Shown here: positions 30,547 to 42,772 of the stretch, one piece after another | How positions within the stretch are numbered: the stretch's first letter is position 1 | How the letters are laid out: each line of letters opens with the position of its first letter | Origin: Lama guanicoe | Taxonomy: Eukaryota | Direction of reading: 5' to 3' | NCBI GenBank assembly: GCA_013239625.1 | Contig: MU054662.1 | Location: forward strand, 14,621,798-14,685,797 | Length of the DNA stretch: 64,000 bases | Position numbers and translations under genes: made by a program | Notes under the pieces: generated by a model | What the model was told of the DNA's origin: nothing | Seen by the model: the letters and a program-made list of their open reading frames with translations, nothing else | The model's database searches: none

Positions 30547-33500
30547 CTGTGTGCCCAGAGACACAAGAGGATATGGGGCGGGCCCTGACCTCGCCCTGCC
30601 ACCGCCTGCTCCCTGCCTCCCACCACTGCAAGCATTCCCTGCCCCCTCCGTCCTGCCCTTGTTCCCTCAGGGTTTCCTCCTTTGTTCTTTATTTCTACCC
30701 ACCCCTCATTCTCGCTGTTTGTACATAGGATGCATTCAAAATATCTGTGGGAAACAGAACGTCTACAGCTACAGAAACAGACAAACAGGCCCCAAGATTT
30801 CCTTTTGCTTCTCATCCTCTCCTCTGTTTCTTGATGGGTCTCTCCAGAGGGAGAGGATTCTTCTGGGCCTTCAGCTCAGCCAAGTGACATGACAGCCCAG
30901 GCCCTAGCTAGAAGCGCTGTGTGTGTGTGTGTGTGTGTTCTTGTGTATGCACGCAGGTGTGTGGGAGTGTGCACATGTGTGCCCACGTATGTTGCTGTGC
31001 ACGTGCGTGCACGTGTGTGACCACGTGAAGGTGTGTCTGGTGGGAGGTCATGGAGCCCAGCTGCTTCTTGTGAGAGAGACAGATGCAGTTCTGGGCTCTG
31101 CCCCACTGGTCGCCCCTCCCTGCTTCCTCCTGCCCTCAGTGTGGCTGCCTGATGGGCAGTAACCTGCCCTCCTGGGGGGCCGGGTCTCCCAGGCCCTGCT
31201 CCCTTCTCCCTCCTTGGCAGGGAGGGTCGCCTGGGCCGGGAAGGGCTGCACGACTACTGTCAGCTCTGCCGAGGGTCTGACCTTGGTGCAGTTGGCGGCC
31301 TTAGGCTCCAGGTCGTTGAGCGTGACGAGTTCTCGGAGGAGGCTGCTTTCCTGGTAGCCTCCCTTCACGCCACGCAGCTTGAAGTAGGCCTGGCTCCGCT
31401 GCAGGATGAGCCTCAGGTTGACTGCAAATCCTGCCATGTCGATTGCAAATGGCCGGTGGGGGTCGAACACCGTCTTCCAGCCGACCACCTTCCCTGCCCC
31501 GTTGACGCGCGGGGCCTCGTACCGAAGGCCGCCGACGAAGGCGACGGGCCACACGGACACCCTCCTGGTGCTGCGCATCTGCAGGGGAAGAGAGTCAGGA
31601 CACCCGGGCAGGCGCAGGAGTCAGGGTGCCTGCGCATCTGAGCGGGAAGAGCGTCAGGGCGCCTGCGCTGCCGACCCGCGCGGAGCCCCTCCCGCGGAAG
31701 ATGAGTCATCAGTGAGCTGTGTGCCCGGCTGGGCCAGGGGCGCAAGCCCGCCTCTCCACCCAGGTCACACTCCCCTTCTCGCGCGACCTGCTGCCCGCTT
31801 TGCCCCCTTCTGCAACACTTGTCTTCCCAGGTTAGAGTCTGAAATGACTCCTTCCCCTCCCCACTGCCCTGACTCCCAAACCACAAGACCCTCCGAGGGT
31901 CGACACAGAACCCGCGCCCCTGCAACCGGAAGCCCTCAGACAATGCCCCGAGGCCAGGGCTATGGTCTGGGAGCCCCAACGCCAACCCCCTTCCCTTCAG
32001 CCAGTTCTCCCAGGCTCCTGGGGTCCTGCAGGCTGCCCCTTCCAGGGTTTCCCAGGTTTCCCTCGTGTGTCCGCGGCCAGCACCTCCCCCGCGGCCCGCA
32101 CCTCCTCGAAGAGCTCCAGGCTGTAGGTGTTGTCGTCGTCTGCGAAGTACACGACGCCGGGCTGGCTGGAGTTGCGTGGGAAGGTCTCGCGCAGCCAGCG
32201 CAGGGCCAAGTTGCGCTGCATGGTGCCCCGCGGGATGCGCGGGTCGCGTGCGTCTCCGCGCAGCTTGTAGTTACGCGGCGTCTCCACGTGCAGATGCGTG
32301 TAGTTGAGGCCGGTGTCGCGCAGCAGGCGCGCAGTCAGCGGTGTGCGGCGGGGCGCGTCCTCCACCACCAGCCAGTGCAGGTTGGGCACGTGCAGCAGCG
32401 TGTTGGCCATGCGCGTCAGCTCCGCCTTCTGCACTGGGCGGCTGTAGGTGGGCGTCACCACGTGGATGGTGGGCAGCGTGTCGGACCAGGGCGGGGGCCG
32501 CGTGTACACGTACTCCGTGCGCACCACCTCCACAATGTCGCGGTCGGACATGCAGTACTCCCTGGGGTCTGTGCCGGGGGGAGCCTCACGCCGGGAGTCA
32601 CTGCCGTCATCTGCAGGTGGGCGGAAGAGAGAGGTGTGGGCTGGCTCAGGCTGCAGGTACCGCAGGGGCCCCAGCCCTGCCCTGCCACACCTCTCCTCTG
32701 CTCTTCCACCTGCCCCAGGGTTCGGAGTTGGGAGGGGGCAGGGAGGCTGCAGCTGAAGGTCAAGGCTGCCTGCCTGACATCCCTTCCCGGGTTTCTCCTA
32801 ATTCTGACTGCTAGAGACACAGAAATGACCTCTTCCTCCTTCCCACATTTGACAGCTCGGTAGCTATTGAGGGCAGCTGGCCAAATCCCAAGCCTGCATC
32901 CTCGGTTCACAAATGTATTGGGTTTAACGTGACAGAGTGTTCTGCCCTTGCCACCCTATGCCCTCCTCATCTGGCCAGAGCCAGCGTGGGACTGCAGAGC
33001 CTGGGCACTGCCTCCCTCTGCTGCTGCGCCTGAGGGCGGTGTCAGAACTTTCTCGGACAAAGCCCACTGTGCCCTGGGGTCTAACGTTGCCCTGCCCGGG
33101 TTTTCACAAACCCTCGCGTTGGGGTTTCATAATCCAGCCTCTGAATCTTGGTGTGGAATTTGATATTTAAGTGCTGCCTGTTGATCCAGGGTGTCACCCG
33201 TAGTTGTCAAGAAAATTTTGTCCTGATCCTGTCCTTTCCGATTCTAGGTATCCCCACATTTGGGCAAAAGGACAGAGCGGAGGCCTGTCTTGGTTCTTCT
33301 GTGGTTTGGTGTAGGTCTCCTAACCTGCACTTTCTGGGTCCGCTCTTTCGACCGTCTGGAACCCTACCTGCCCTGCAGCCAGCGGTGCACACCACGTGTC
33401 CCAAAGACCCCAGCAGGGACTGGGATGAAACCTGGTGGAGGCCTGGCCTCAGGTGAAACACTCGGAGGCATGGGGAGCCCCTCCTTCCGGCCCAGACAGC

Positions 33501-35804
33501 TCTTATCGCCAAGCCTTTCTTACATCCTGGACATCTTCCCCGTGGGCGAAGCGTCAGTCCCACCACCAAGAGGAATCAGCACACTGGCACTCTCACTCCT
33601 AAGAGCCCTCCCTTCCTGTTTGGATGGCTGGGCCCTCACTGCCCTCACAGCATCTCAGCAGGAGGTGGCAACGAGCAGAGGCCAGACCTAGGATCCCAAC
33701 ACCTGGGCTCAGACCCTGACCAGCCCTGTCACGTACCAACCACGTGGCCTTGAGCAGGGAGCTTCTGGTGCCTCAGTTTTACCAAATGCAAAAGGGAGCT
33801 GATAACAGCGTCTACCTTATCGAGTTACTACGGGGTTAAAGGGCTGGAACACTGCCCAGCAGGTCACTCTCAGCTCCTCTTGTATAGGAGGAGGGTGGTA
33901 AACAGCTCTATTCCCCGTGGCTTCTTGCAGCTACAGAAAGGATAGTGTGAGCGGTTACACGCAAGGAGGGAAGTGTGGTTCTGGAAGGATGCTGTGAACC
34001 AGCTGCTGCCACCTCTCTGCCCCAGTCCTGTCATTAGCAGGTGGGGTCTGACGCTGGGCTCCGGAGGGGACACAGGCTTCGGGCTCTCAGGGAGCTCAGA
34101 CAGGCTGAAGGCACGACGGGACACACAGCGGCAGCCGGAACCCCGCCCCGGCCAGGGATGTGAGGCCCGCGGGTGCAGATGCAGCAGGAAAGCGAGCACA
34201 GACATGGGGAGCAGAGGGGACTTCCCAAAGCAGTTCTGGGTCAAGCTGCTAAGAGAACAATCTTGAGGAGAGGAGACTCTGACCAGGATATAAAGACGGT
34301 GAAATTCATCCCACCCTGAGGGAAGTTAAGGTACCGAGGCTGGGGAACGAGACTGAGCTTTCCCTGCCTCCTTTTTTCCACCACTGCAATCATCCCCCGG
34401 CGGGTCTGTGCCCTGGGAGGCTGCCTGGGCCTCACAATGCAGCTGGGCAGGACTTCTGCCACCTTTGAGCCCTATGGGCCTCCCTAACGTCTTTCAGTGC
34501 CGCCTTCGTTCGGTCTGCCTTGGCTGCTCTGGGGAGACAGCGGCCAGTTCCCTGTCCTCAGGCAGGGACAGCAGTGCTGAGCACAACAGCCTGACTTCTC
34601 TGACCCCAGAGCTCTGCCGAGAATGGAATCCACGTGGTGCTGCCTCCTGACACGTGGTAGTTATGGCCCCTCTGGAATGACAGGTTGCAGGATGACAAGC
34701 ACCAAAGAGAGATGTTGGAGTCAAGGAGAAAGGCCAGGGGCTCCAGGCGCCCAGCCTGGCAGAGGGCGCGCAGCGACCTTCACCTTGGTCGCTCCTTAGA
34801 ACCTTAGGACCCCCAGCTGAGCAAGACCCGACGTGTGATTCCATGTCAGGGATCCAGACTGCTTCCTGGCCCCTGCCTGCCCCCAGATCACTCATTTCCA
34901 GGCCCACCCGGACCCTGCCCTGTCTCTGGGGTGGGCCGGGCACCCCCATGTCTCATCAGGCCCCCAGGTTCTCACGCACATTTCAGTGGGAGAAGGGCTG
35001 CCCTGGAGGGTGGTGTCTGCGTGTGGACGCGGGGGAGGAGGGTGTGGGACCAGAGACCGCGGGATGGGGGCAGGCCAGGTGGGGGCACATGCCCGGCCTT
35101 GGGGTGAAGGAAGCCCCCGTGAGCGGGAAGAGGTCTGGCCTTGGAGCAGGAGAGGCCAGCTCTCCCACCCCTGCTCCAGGGACGGTCTGCACTTGGTAGG
35201 GCTGGATCAGGGCTTCCTGACCAGGAGGAAAGGGAGTAAACAGCACACTCTCCCTGGAAGGCTATGGCACAGCACAGGCTGGGAATCCGCCCGCGCACCA
35301 GCCCCACCAGCCCCACCAGCCACCGAGTGCGCCCGGGGAGCGGGGACAGCGTCCGGCCCCTGAGTCTCCGCATGTGTGGCAGCTTTTGTCAGGTCCCTGA
35401 AGCAGCCAAGACCCCCCCAGAGGAGGGTCGTTGTCCTGGCTCACCCTATGGCTCCCCAGCTGCCAGCAGCCTTGGCTTTGGTCACCCCCATCACCAAAGC
35501 TCATGAGCAGCGGGACAGCGGCTCACCCTTGTGTGCGGCCAGCAGGGGCGCGATGGTGCTCTGGTGCCACACGGTGACCAGCAGCGTCCAGGGCAGCACG
35601 ATGAGGACGATGGCGAGGACATCCCGTCTCTTCGGCATCTCCAAGGCTGGCTGGGCCCACGGCTCCTCGTTACCTGCACGATGGTGGCGGATGGTCCAAG
35701 CACAGGGGAGAAAAGAACAGGAATGGGCCAGGCAGGCCGGGCGTGGGGGAGCGGGAGGCCGAATGCTGGCCAGCAGGCCTTACCGGTGCTCACAACCCAC
35801 CCAT
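30460..35804 (-). CDS. B3GAT1: Galactosylgalactosylxylosylprotein 3-beta-glucuronosyltransferase 1 (GlcAT-P, GT43), spliced CDS span; 334 aa from ATG 35638, 347 aa from ATG 35804
   Basis: Segments 35638-35527, 32610-32102, 31578-31282 and 30546-30460 total 1005 nt (334 aa + stop). MPKRRD plus transmembrane segment, VVTPTYSRPVQKAELTR, YFADDDNTY (DxD), RPFAIDMAGFAVN, NCTKILVWHTRTEKP. Confidence 0.97.
30918..31020. repeat. (TG)n and TG-rich low-complexity tract
   Basis: About 10 TG units followed by degenerate alternating purine-pyrimidine sequence. Confidence 0.9.
31282..31578 (-). CDS. B3GAT1: B3GAT1 exon 5 (297 nt)
   Basis: ctgcag|ATG...AAG|gtcaga; MRSTRRVSVWPVAFVGGLRYE...LEPKAANCTK. Confidence 0.97.
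32102..32610 (-). CDS. B3GAT1: B3GAT1 exon 4 (509 nt)
   Basis: ctgcag|AT...GAG|gtgcgg; DDGSDSRREAPPGTDPREYCMSDRDIVEVV...YFADDDNTYSLELFEE. Confidence 0.97.
33700..33870. mobile_element. MIR SINE
   Basis: gtggccttgagcag...gtgcctcagttttaccaaatgcaaaaggg...ataacagcgtctaccttatcgagtt. Confidence 0.65.
35527..35673 (-). CDS. B3GAT1: B3GAT1 exon 3 (long-isoform extension plus short-isoform ATG at 35638)
   Basis: gtgcag|GT AAC GAG...AAG G|gtgagc; (G)NEEPWAQPALE-MPKRRDVLAIVLIVLPWTLLVTVWHQSTIAPLLAAHK. Confidence 0.93.
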
Positions 35805-35893
35805 TGCCGAAGCAGTTCTGCAGAGCCCCGCCCGACCGGAGGCTGAGGAGGGCGTTGTCCAGGGTGCAGTCAGGAACCCTGCAGGGTGGACAC
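35784..35893 (-). other. B3GAT1: B3GAT1 exon 2 with alternative donors (ends 35801 = long isoform, 35784 = short isoform); carries the long-isoform ATG at 35804
   Basis: Acceptor ttctgctctgtcttgcag|GTG at 35893; ATGG|gtgggt at 35801/35800 and CACCG|gtaagg at 35784/35783. Confidence 0.8.
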
Positions 35894-36084
35894 CTGCAAG
35901 ACAGAGCAGAAGAGGATGGCCAGAGACCTGAGCGGGATGGGCCCCAGCAGGGCCGGCTGGCTGGGGATACAGGACATTGTGTTTCCTGGGTGGATCCCAG
36001 CTTCTGTCTGCTGGTCAGGCACAGCCACCTCTGTCCCCACAAGCACAGGGCGGGCACTGCCCACTTGGAGTCAGCAGGGCACGG

Positions 36085-36245
36085 ATGCAGACACACCTGC
36101 CTGGGATCAAACCCCAGCTCATCTCTGTGTCCCAGGCTTCTCATCTATGAAATGGGCACCTTCAGCACCTCCTTCCCGGGGCTTCTGGGAATTAAACAAT
36201 TTAACACCCGTGGAGCCCATGGGCCGGATGTACTCAGTGAGCGTC
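36085..36245. mobile_element. MIR SINE
   Basis: ctgcctgggatcaaaccccagctc...ctctgtgtcccaggcttctcatctatgaaatggg...gaattaaa. Confidence 0.65.
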
Positions 36246-37988
36246 TGGGACGCATGAGCGGCTGTGAATGCTGCATGCTTGTGCCCCCATGGGTGTTCCA
36301 CAGCCTGGATTAAGGGGTTGGTGCTGGGCTGGGTCCTCCGAGGACCAGTAAGAGGCATTTGGAGGATGGGTCCTGGGAGGGAACACTCTGCCCTTGTTGA
36401 CGTCGGGGGGACATTCTCGAGAAGCCCCCCGTGGGTAAGACAGAGCCCAGGTCTTGTAGCTGGATGTCAGCGAGGAGACGGGGCCAGGTGGGTTGCCACG
36501 TGCTGGTCAGATGGCACTCAAGTGGCAGCAGCAGAGGCCCCAGGAGAGGGGCCCTGCATGGGGAGATTGCCCCCCTGCCCCGCCTGGCCTCCCACGTGAT
36601 GGGAGGTGGGCGCTGAGCCTCCTGACGCCATGGAAACTGTCACATCCCATTTCCCACCTTCCTCATCACTTCTGCCCTGAGCACCATGCAAGGTGCAGCT
36701 GGGTCCACAGGGGAGACGGGAGGGGGACCACCCATTCCCAGCACAGCCAGGAGCTGGGCTGAGCAGGATTTGGGCCCCAGGTTTTGGAGACAGTTTGTTT
36801 CCCTGTCCTTGTCTGGTCCTCATGCCTCGTGGAAGAACCATGTCATCTTCCAGTGACAGGCACTGTGGTGTCCTGGGGCGGCCACCCTGCCCCCACCGCC
36901 CCTCAGCTCCACCTCCACAGTCTCTTTGGAGGCAGCTGGGAAGGCTCCCAGGTTAAGGTTACAGGCAGGGATGGTGGAGGCACAGAGCGCAGAGGAGAAT
37001 AATCCTGAGGCACGTTGGGTCTCCTTCAGACTCCTATGCCGTGGCCCCAGCAGGTGCTGGAGCCCAGGATCCCACCCCAGGATGCCAGTCTGGGTCTCGT
37101 GTGCTGAGTGAGCTCATGCCACACCCCTGCCAATCTCCCACCCGCCCTAGGCCATAGACAGGCTGCAAAGGGGCTCTGTTTGGCTGGGCGTCTTAGGAGG
37201 AGAGGCCCTTCCAACAGACCTGGCTGGGAGGTCTCCTCTGGTTCTGTGATCACCCTGGAACTTTTCCAGGAGTCCTGGTCTTGGGGAGGGTGCTACTTCA
37301 GGGTGGGAAAGCCACGGCAGAGTGAGCTTGGGGCTGTTCTGCACACACCTGGCCTGCCCGGTGCGCTCAGGTGGCTGAGCTGGGGCGGCCTCCTGCCTCT
37401 GGCACTGGCTCCTCTGTGGGCGGCCTGGGCTGCAGTTTTAACAAGAACAGCTGTTTGGATGCACTGAGCACTTCCGTCCTCAGGACTCCTGGGCCGCGGG
37501 TGAGGACCTCTTCCCCGTTTCACCCGGGGCTTGCTGAGACCGCGAGGGTCAATGTCTCGTCCAAGTCACAGCACATGGTGGAGCCAGACCTGAGCTGCCA
37601 GACCCTTTGGGTCTGTGCTGCAGTCAGGAGCTCGGGAAGGGAGGTCAGGCCCCAGAGCGGGTCCCAGCACCTCCCCAGGGGGAGCAGGAGGGGGCCGGAG
37701 TGGACATGGGGGGATGGAGGCTGGGGCCGTGGATGGAGGCTCTGATCCCATCCAGTCTGTCTGGTCAAAGCATCTATAAGAGGAGGGGGAAGGGGTGAGG
37801 CAGAAAAGCTCTAAAAATAAACTTAGCTATAAACCCAGTTGTGCATTAATTACTCTGGAAGCCATTATGGCCTGAAAACCCCGTAACTTTAATGGAGACT
37901 ATTATAAGCAAGCAGCAAAATTGTGGAGATAATTATCAGGAGGTTATTAAGCCGAGCAGGGAGGGCCCCAGCCTTGGGGGAAGCCAGC

Positions 37989-38007
37989 TAGCCAGCAGGG
38001 GGCGGGT
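37989..38007 (+). promoter_or_regulatory. CTCF motif candidate
   Basis: TAGCCAGCAGGGGGCGGGT matches the core CCA(G/C)(C/T)AG(G/A)GGGCG. Confidence 0.5.
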
Positions 38008-41000
38008 CTAGGGGAATTGGGGCCTGGGGCCTGGGGTGGGGGTGGAAGCTGTACCCACCCCCACCCCAGACCCAGAGGCCTAAGTCTGAGATGGGGTAGC
38101 TGGTCCTAACCCGAACCCTGAAGTAGGGGCTGCCTGCCTGTGGGTAGGGCTGGTGCCTCCGCAGACCCCGCCCTTGGTGGGCTTGGGCAAAGGGGGTGAG
38201 ACAGAGGAGGGCTGGGTCACACTCAGAGTGGGGAGGGGCGTGGCACGGAGAACAGATGTTTGAGGGAGGCTCCTGCAGGCTAGAGTGAGTGGGGGCTTGT
38301 GTCTGCTAGGCCGCGACTCCCCGCCCTCCACCGAGGCTCGTGTCTGTGTCCAGCCTCCGCCGCCATCGTCCTGTGCCCCTCAGCAGGTACAGATGGGGGC
38401 CCTTCTGCCCCTGGGCACCTCCCAGGGCCTCGGCTGGATACAGATCAGTGCTGTACAGAGGGGCATGTGAGCCCAGTGGGCCAGGGGCCGGCTCTCCATG
38501 GGGGCTTGGGGCCCCTGCTTGTCCTCCTCAGCCCCTGCGCTCATCTCCAAAAGTAGGGCTGGACTGGGAGCACCCTGGTGAAGTCTCAGTTCTGTTTCGT
38601 TAGCTACTTGGGGTCCGGACAGTAAGGGCTGTGAGGATGGAGAAGTGTCCTGTGTGACAAAACGGGGGTCGGGGTCCATCAAGGCCAGAGTCAGAGCAAG
38701 AGGCCGCAACATGGCTCTCCAAGGAGCTCGGTCATGGTTTAAGGGCCAGTGAGCCCTGGAGGTGGGCCACGTCTGGGAAGACCTACGAGTTTCAGAGTGT
38801 CCTGGGACCTAGATCAGGGGCTCTGATGAGCCCAAGGCTGGGCTGGAGCCAGTCAGGCTGGACAGGAGGGGCGAGGCTGGGGAGGCAAAGCCAGGCGAGG
38901 TGGGCTTGAAGGCTGGATGGTTCCACACGTGCAGGGAGGCATCTTCCCGAGGAGGAGGCTTGTGTAAGTCCCAGCATCGGTGGTGAGTGGGGCTTAGGGT
39001 TAGGTTCCAGGGACAATGCGGAGGTGCGGGAGATGGACAGGCGGCCTTCCGGCAGTGACCAGCCCTCAGGGAGGGGCTTCATGTGGCCCTCTCTCGGGGG
39101 AGGTGCTGCAGAGATAGCATGTGCGCACCTGTGTGTGTGTGCGTGTGTGTGTGTGAGCGTGGAGTCTGTTACACACAGACTACCCAACCCCACGTCTCTG
39201 GAGTGGGACAGTGGTTGGCTGGCTGGCCAAGGAGGCCGTGGGGTGAAGACTCCTTCCAGGTGACACATACAAGCCACATGTGTCAGCTCAGGAGAAGCAA
39301 GAACTGAAGCGCCCAGAGTTGGATGGACGGTGGTCCCCAATGACCGCGCAGTGCAACCCAACACTCCTCCTGGCCACTGCAGCTCTGCCCTCTTTGGAAG
39401 CAGGCTCCAGCCTTTCCCAGGAGCTCACCACCCTCTGGAGGTGGGAGGGCTGGGCGCCCTGCCTGCAGCCTGACCTCTCCAGAGTGACAAGACCTGGGGA
39501 TGCTTTGGGACGCTCAGTGAGCAACCCAGTGCCATATCCTTGAGGAGTTTCCTGACATTTCCCACCAATCTTCACCTAATTTGGAGAAGTTTTTTCCCAG
39601 GCTCACCTCATGGAGTCGAGAGCATTCCACTTAGTTTTCATAGGAACGACACATTCTTTTCTTTCCAGCTCACAGTTCGTGGAGTGTCACATTCTGTGAC
39701 CATGAGAACACACAGGACCGTCACAAACAGGCTGGGAACAAATATTCCAGATGCTTGGGAAGGATGCAGCTCACTGGCTACCAGAGGGGACCCCAGGCTC
39801 CCACCGGCCTGGGTACCGTTTAGCGCACGAACAGAATAAAGGACATTGGTCTTACAGGGATGGAGGAGAGCCCCGGCTGTGCCCGTGAGGAAAGAAGCTG
39901 TCCCCGTCTTCCAGGAGCCCAAGCCCCCCTGGGCCTGGGAGGGATGCGGGTTAGGGGGCCGGAGCTGCGGAAGGCAGGGGAGGGGCAAGGTTGACAGAAG
40001 CCGGGGCCCCGCGAGGGGAGGGTTGACCCTGCCCAGAGATCTGTGGGAGCCCTAATGGGATCAGGGGACGAGTATCGATTCTGCTGCTGCTGCTCAGGAG
40101 AGCCGGACACCAGAGCCAATCAGCTCCGGTCCAGCCAGTCCACACTCCATTAGCCGGCCCCCGAGCCCTGGCCCCCGGCCCCCATCCCCGCCCTGCCTGA
40201 CAGGACACGAGTGGCCTCTCCACCCGCCATCCTCGCCCTGGAGCAGGTCCCACAGCTCACTCCACTCTCAGGAGGGAAGTGAGGTCCTGGGCGGCCGTGC
40301 TGTTGGAGCAGGTGAGGTTCAGTTTTCATGATGCCCAGCCCTTTGGTCTCCACTGAAGGCTGAGAGGCAGGCAGGGGGCTTCATCCCCATTGTACATATG
40401 AGGAAATTGTGGCTTGGAAGGGCCCAGGGTCTGGGAGTTAGCGGAGCTGCTCACACCAGGTGCCTGTGCATGCTGTCTCCCGCCTGCAGGCCCAGGACAG
40501 GCTCCCAGCTCACTGGGACGGCCCTGCCCTGCCCGCCCTGGTCAGCTGAGGGCCCAGGAAGGGGCTCCCCCACAGTTTCACGGTGCAGGCTGTTGGGGAG
40601 GGAAGGCCATGCCCTGGGGCTCTGCGTCCTGCCATGGCCTGGCCACCTCTGGCCTTCACTTCAGAAGGCCTGGCAGGAAGGGCAGTGTGGACTCTGTGCC
40701 TCGCCCCACCTTGTCGCCTCTCCCCAGGAGACCAAACCCTGGGTGGGGGCAGCAGGGCAGCTCCACTTGGGCCTGGTGTAAACCCCACGTGACAGCTTTG
40801 GTTTCTTCCAGCCCAGCAGAGTCAGAAAACACACTCCACCTTTTGCTTGTTTGGGGCAGTTCCCTAGTTTGCTTTCTGGTTTTTCAGAGATAACCTTTGG
40901 ATTAGGTTTGGACTCTGACTAGTTGAAGACTGAAAACAGGTTCGGACTGCGTGTTACATCCGGTTCACCGTGGAATCTGAACAGATCGAAAACTTCGGTG

Positions 41001-42389
41001 TCACCCAGGCTCTGCCGTGCGGCCACACCCACCACTCCCTGTGGCCTCTCCCGTTTCCCTTCTACCTCTGCCTACGGCCGTCTGACCCACGTCCAATACA
41101 GCGCCTCCCCTCCCTGCAGGGCTCCCAAGAGCTCTGGAAGCCACCAGACCTGCCTTTGTCCATCCAGATGGTGACTTCCCCTCCCACCCAGGGTCTGGGC
41201 CAGCCCCAGGAGCACAGTTTGAGTTCAGATGCCCAGAGAGCAAGCCAGGCCCGGCCTCAGCCGCAAGCACCCCCTTACTTCCCTCATTTCCCTCCTCAGA
41301 TTGGCCTCTGACTCCTGCTGTCGCCTCTGCCACAGCCCAACGTGGGGCCTGCGTGTCCCTGTGTTTTATCATGCCCCTCTCCCTCTCCCCACTGCCCTCT
41401 TGATGCTGTCTGACTTGGCCTGTAAGCCTGGTGAAGGCACCAGAGACGCCTGCTGCCTGTCCTCCTGGACATGGAATTTGCCGTCTATCCTGAGAGCTCC
41501 TGAGGCTGCCTCCTTGCCTGACCCCTCGCAAACCAAAGAGCCCCTGAGTGGCCTCACAGTGCTGCAGCCCACGTCTTCACACACGTGTGCGTGCACGTGT
41601 GTGTGCATGGCCAGTGCCCGGTCTGAACGAGTGCATGTGTGTCCGTGGGCGTGTGTGAACACCCTCGGCTTCTGAGCCTGGCTGGAGCCCTCCTGTGACT
41701 GGGTCTCCACTCGACGGAAGGCCAGCTCAAGAGCAGACCGAGGGTGGGTCCCCTGTGCCTGAGTCACAGGCTCAGGGAGCAGAGGGGCTCAACCAACGGC
41801 TCCCAGGGCCGTCTCCCCACTGCCTCCATCTCCTGGCTGCACCCCACCACTGAGGACAGGCCAAGCAGAACTGCAGGTGGGTCCCCCTAGCACAGATTGA
41901 GATCCTGCCCAGACGAGGTCCTGCCTGGTTCCAATACAATGACAGCAAAATGCCCCTGAACACGCTGGCCTTTCCTGCCATGGGCCCATCTCTGCCTCTC
42001 TGGGCCTCCCCTGTGGATGGGGGTCAAGGAGACCCCAGCTGCCCCCCAGCTCCCAGAGTCCCAGGTGCCCGGGAGGTGGGGGATTGGGGGCCCAGTGGGC
42101 GCCCCTTCACCTGCCCACCTGGCACCTCTGCTGGGAGTGCTCTCCCCAACTTGCTCCTGCCCCACCTTTGGGGACTGTCACATGGGCTGGGCATTGAGTA
42201 CATGTGGTCGGCACTGGACAGTCAGGAGAGCAACCAGAGACCCAAATCAGATGCCTAGGACTCAGCACAGAGGTGTCTGCACCATCCCTGACCCAACAGG
42301 CCCCAGGCTGGGCAGGGCGGTGGAGAGACATCGCTGTTAGCACTCTGCCCCATCGTTGGTCTGGCATCAAACGACCCCCAGCCTGACGA

Positions 42390-42772
42390 CGAAACACATC
42401 CACATGGTGGGACCCAGCCTGAGGGGAACAGAGTCCTGACACCTGCTAGCACGTGGGACCCCAGAGGATGCTGCGCTCAGGGAGAGGCAGAGCAGCAGGA
42501 CCAACCCCGTGTGACCCACTCACAGAGATGTGTAATCAGTCAGACCTCTGTAGACGGAGAGCGGAAGGGCAGGTGCCCGGGCTGGGGGCTGGGAGCTAGG
42601 TCGGGGGTAGTTTAACGAATACAGAGTTCCCCGTTTGCAGAAAGAAAAGGTTCTGGAGATGGATGGCTAAGATCACTGAATGATGAATGTTCTTAACAGC
42701 ACTGCACACTTAAGAGCAGTTAAGATGCTACATTTTAATTTTGTTGTGCTTTTGTTCTAACCACAAAAAAAG
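42390..42772 (+). mobile_element. L1MB-like 3' end fragment
   Basis: tagtttaacgaatacagagtt...gaaaaggttctggagatggatgg...gaatgttcttaacagcactg...cacttaa...ttaagatg...accacaaaaaaa is the typical L1MB 3' UTR terminus. Confidence 0.75.

Noticed and set aside
31406-32863. 485-aa ORF on +, the longest in the track
   Set aside because: Antisense shadow of GC3-rich B3GAT1 exons 4-5 plus a GC-rich intron; no recognisable domain and low-complexity composition.
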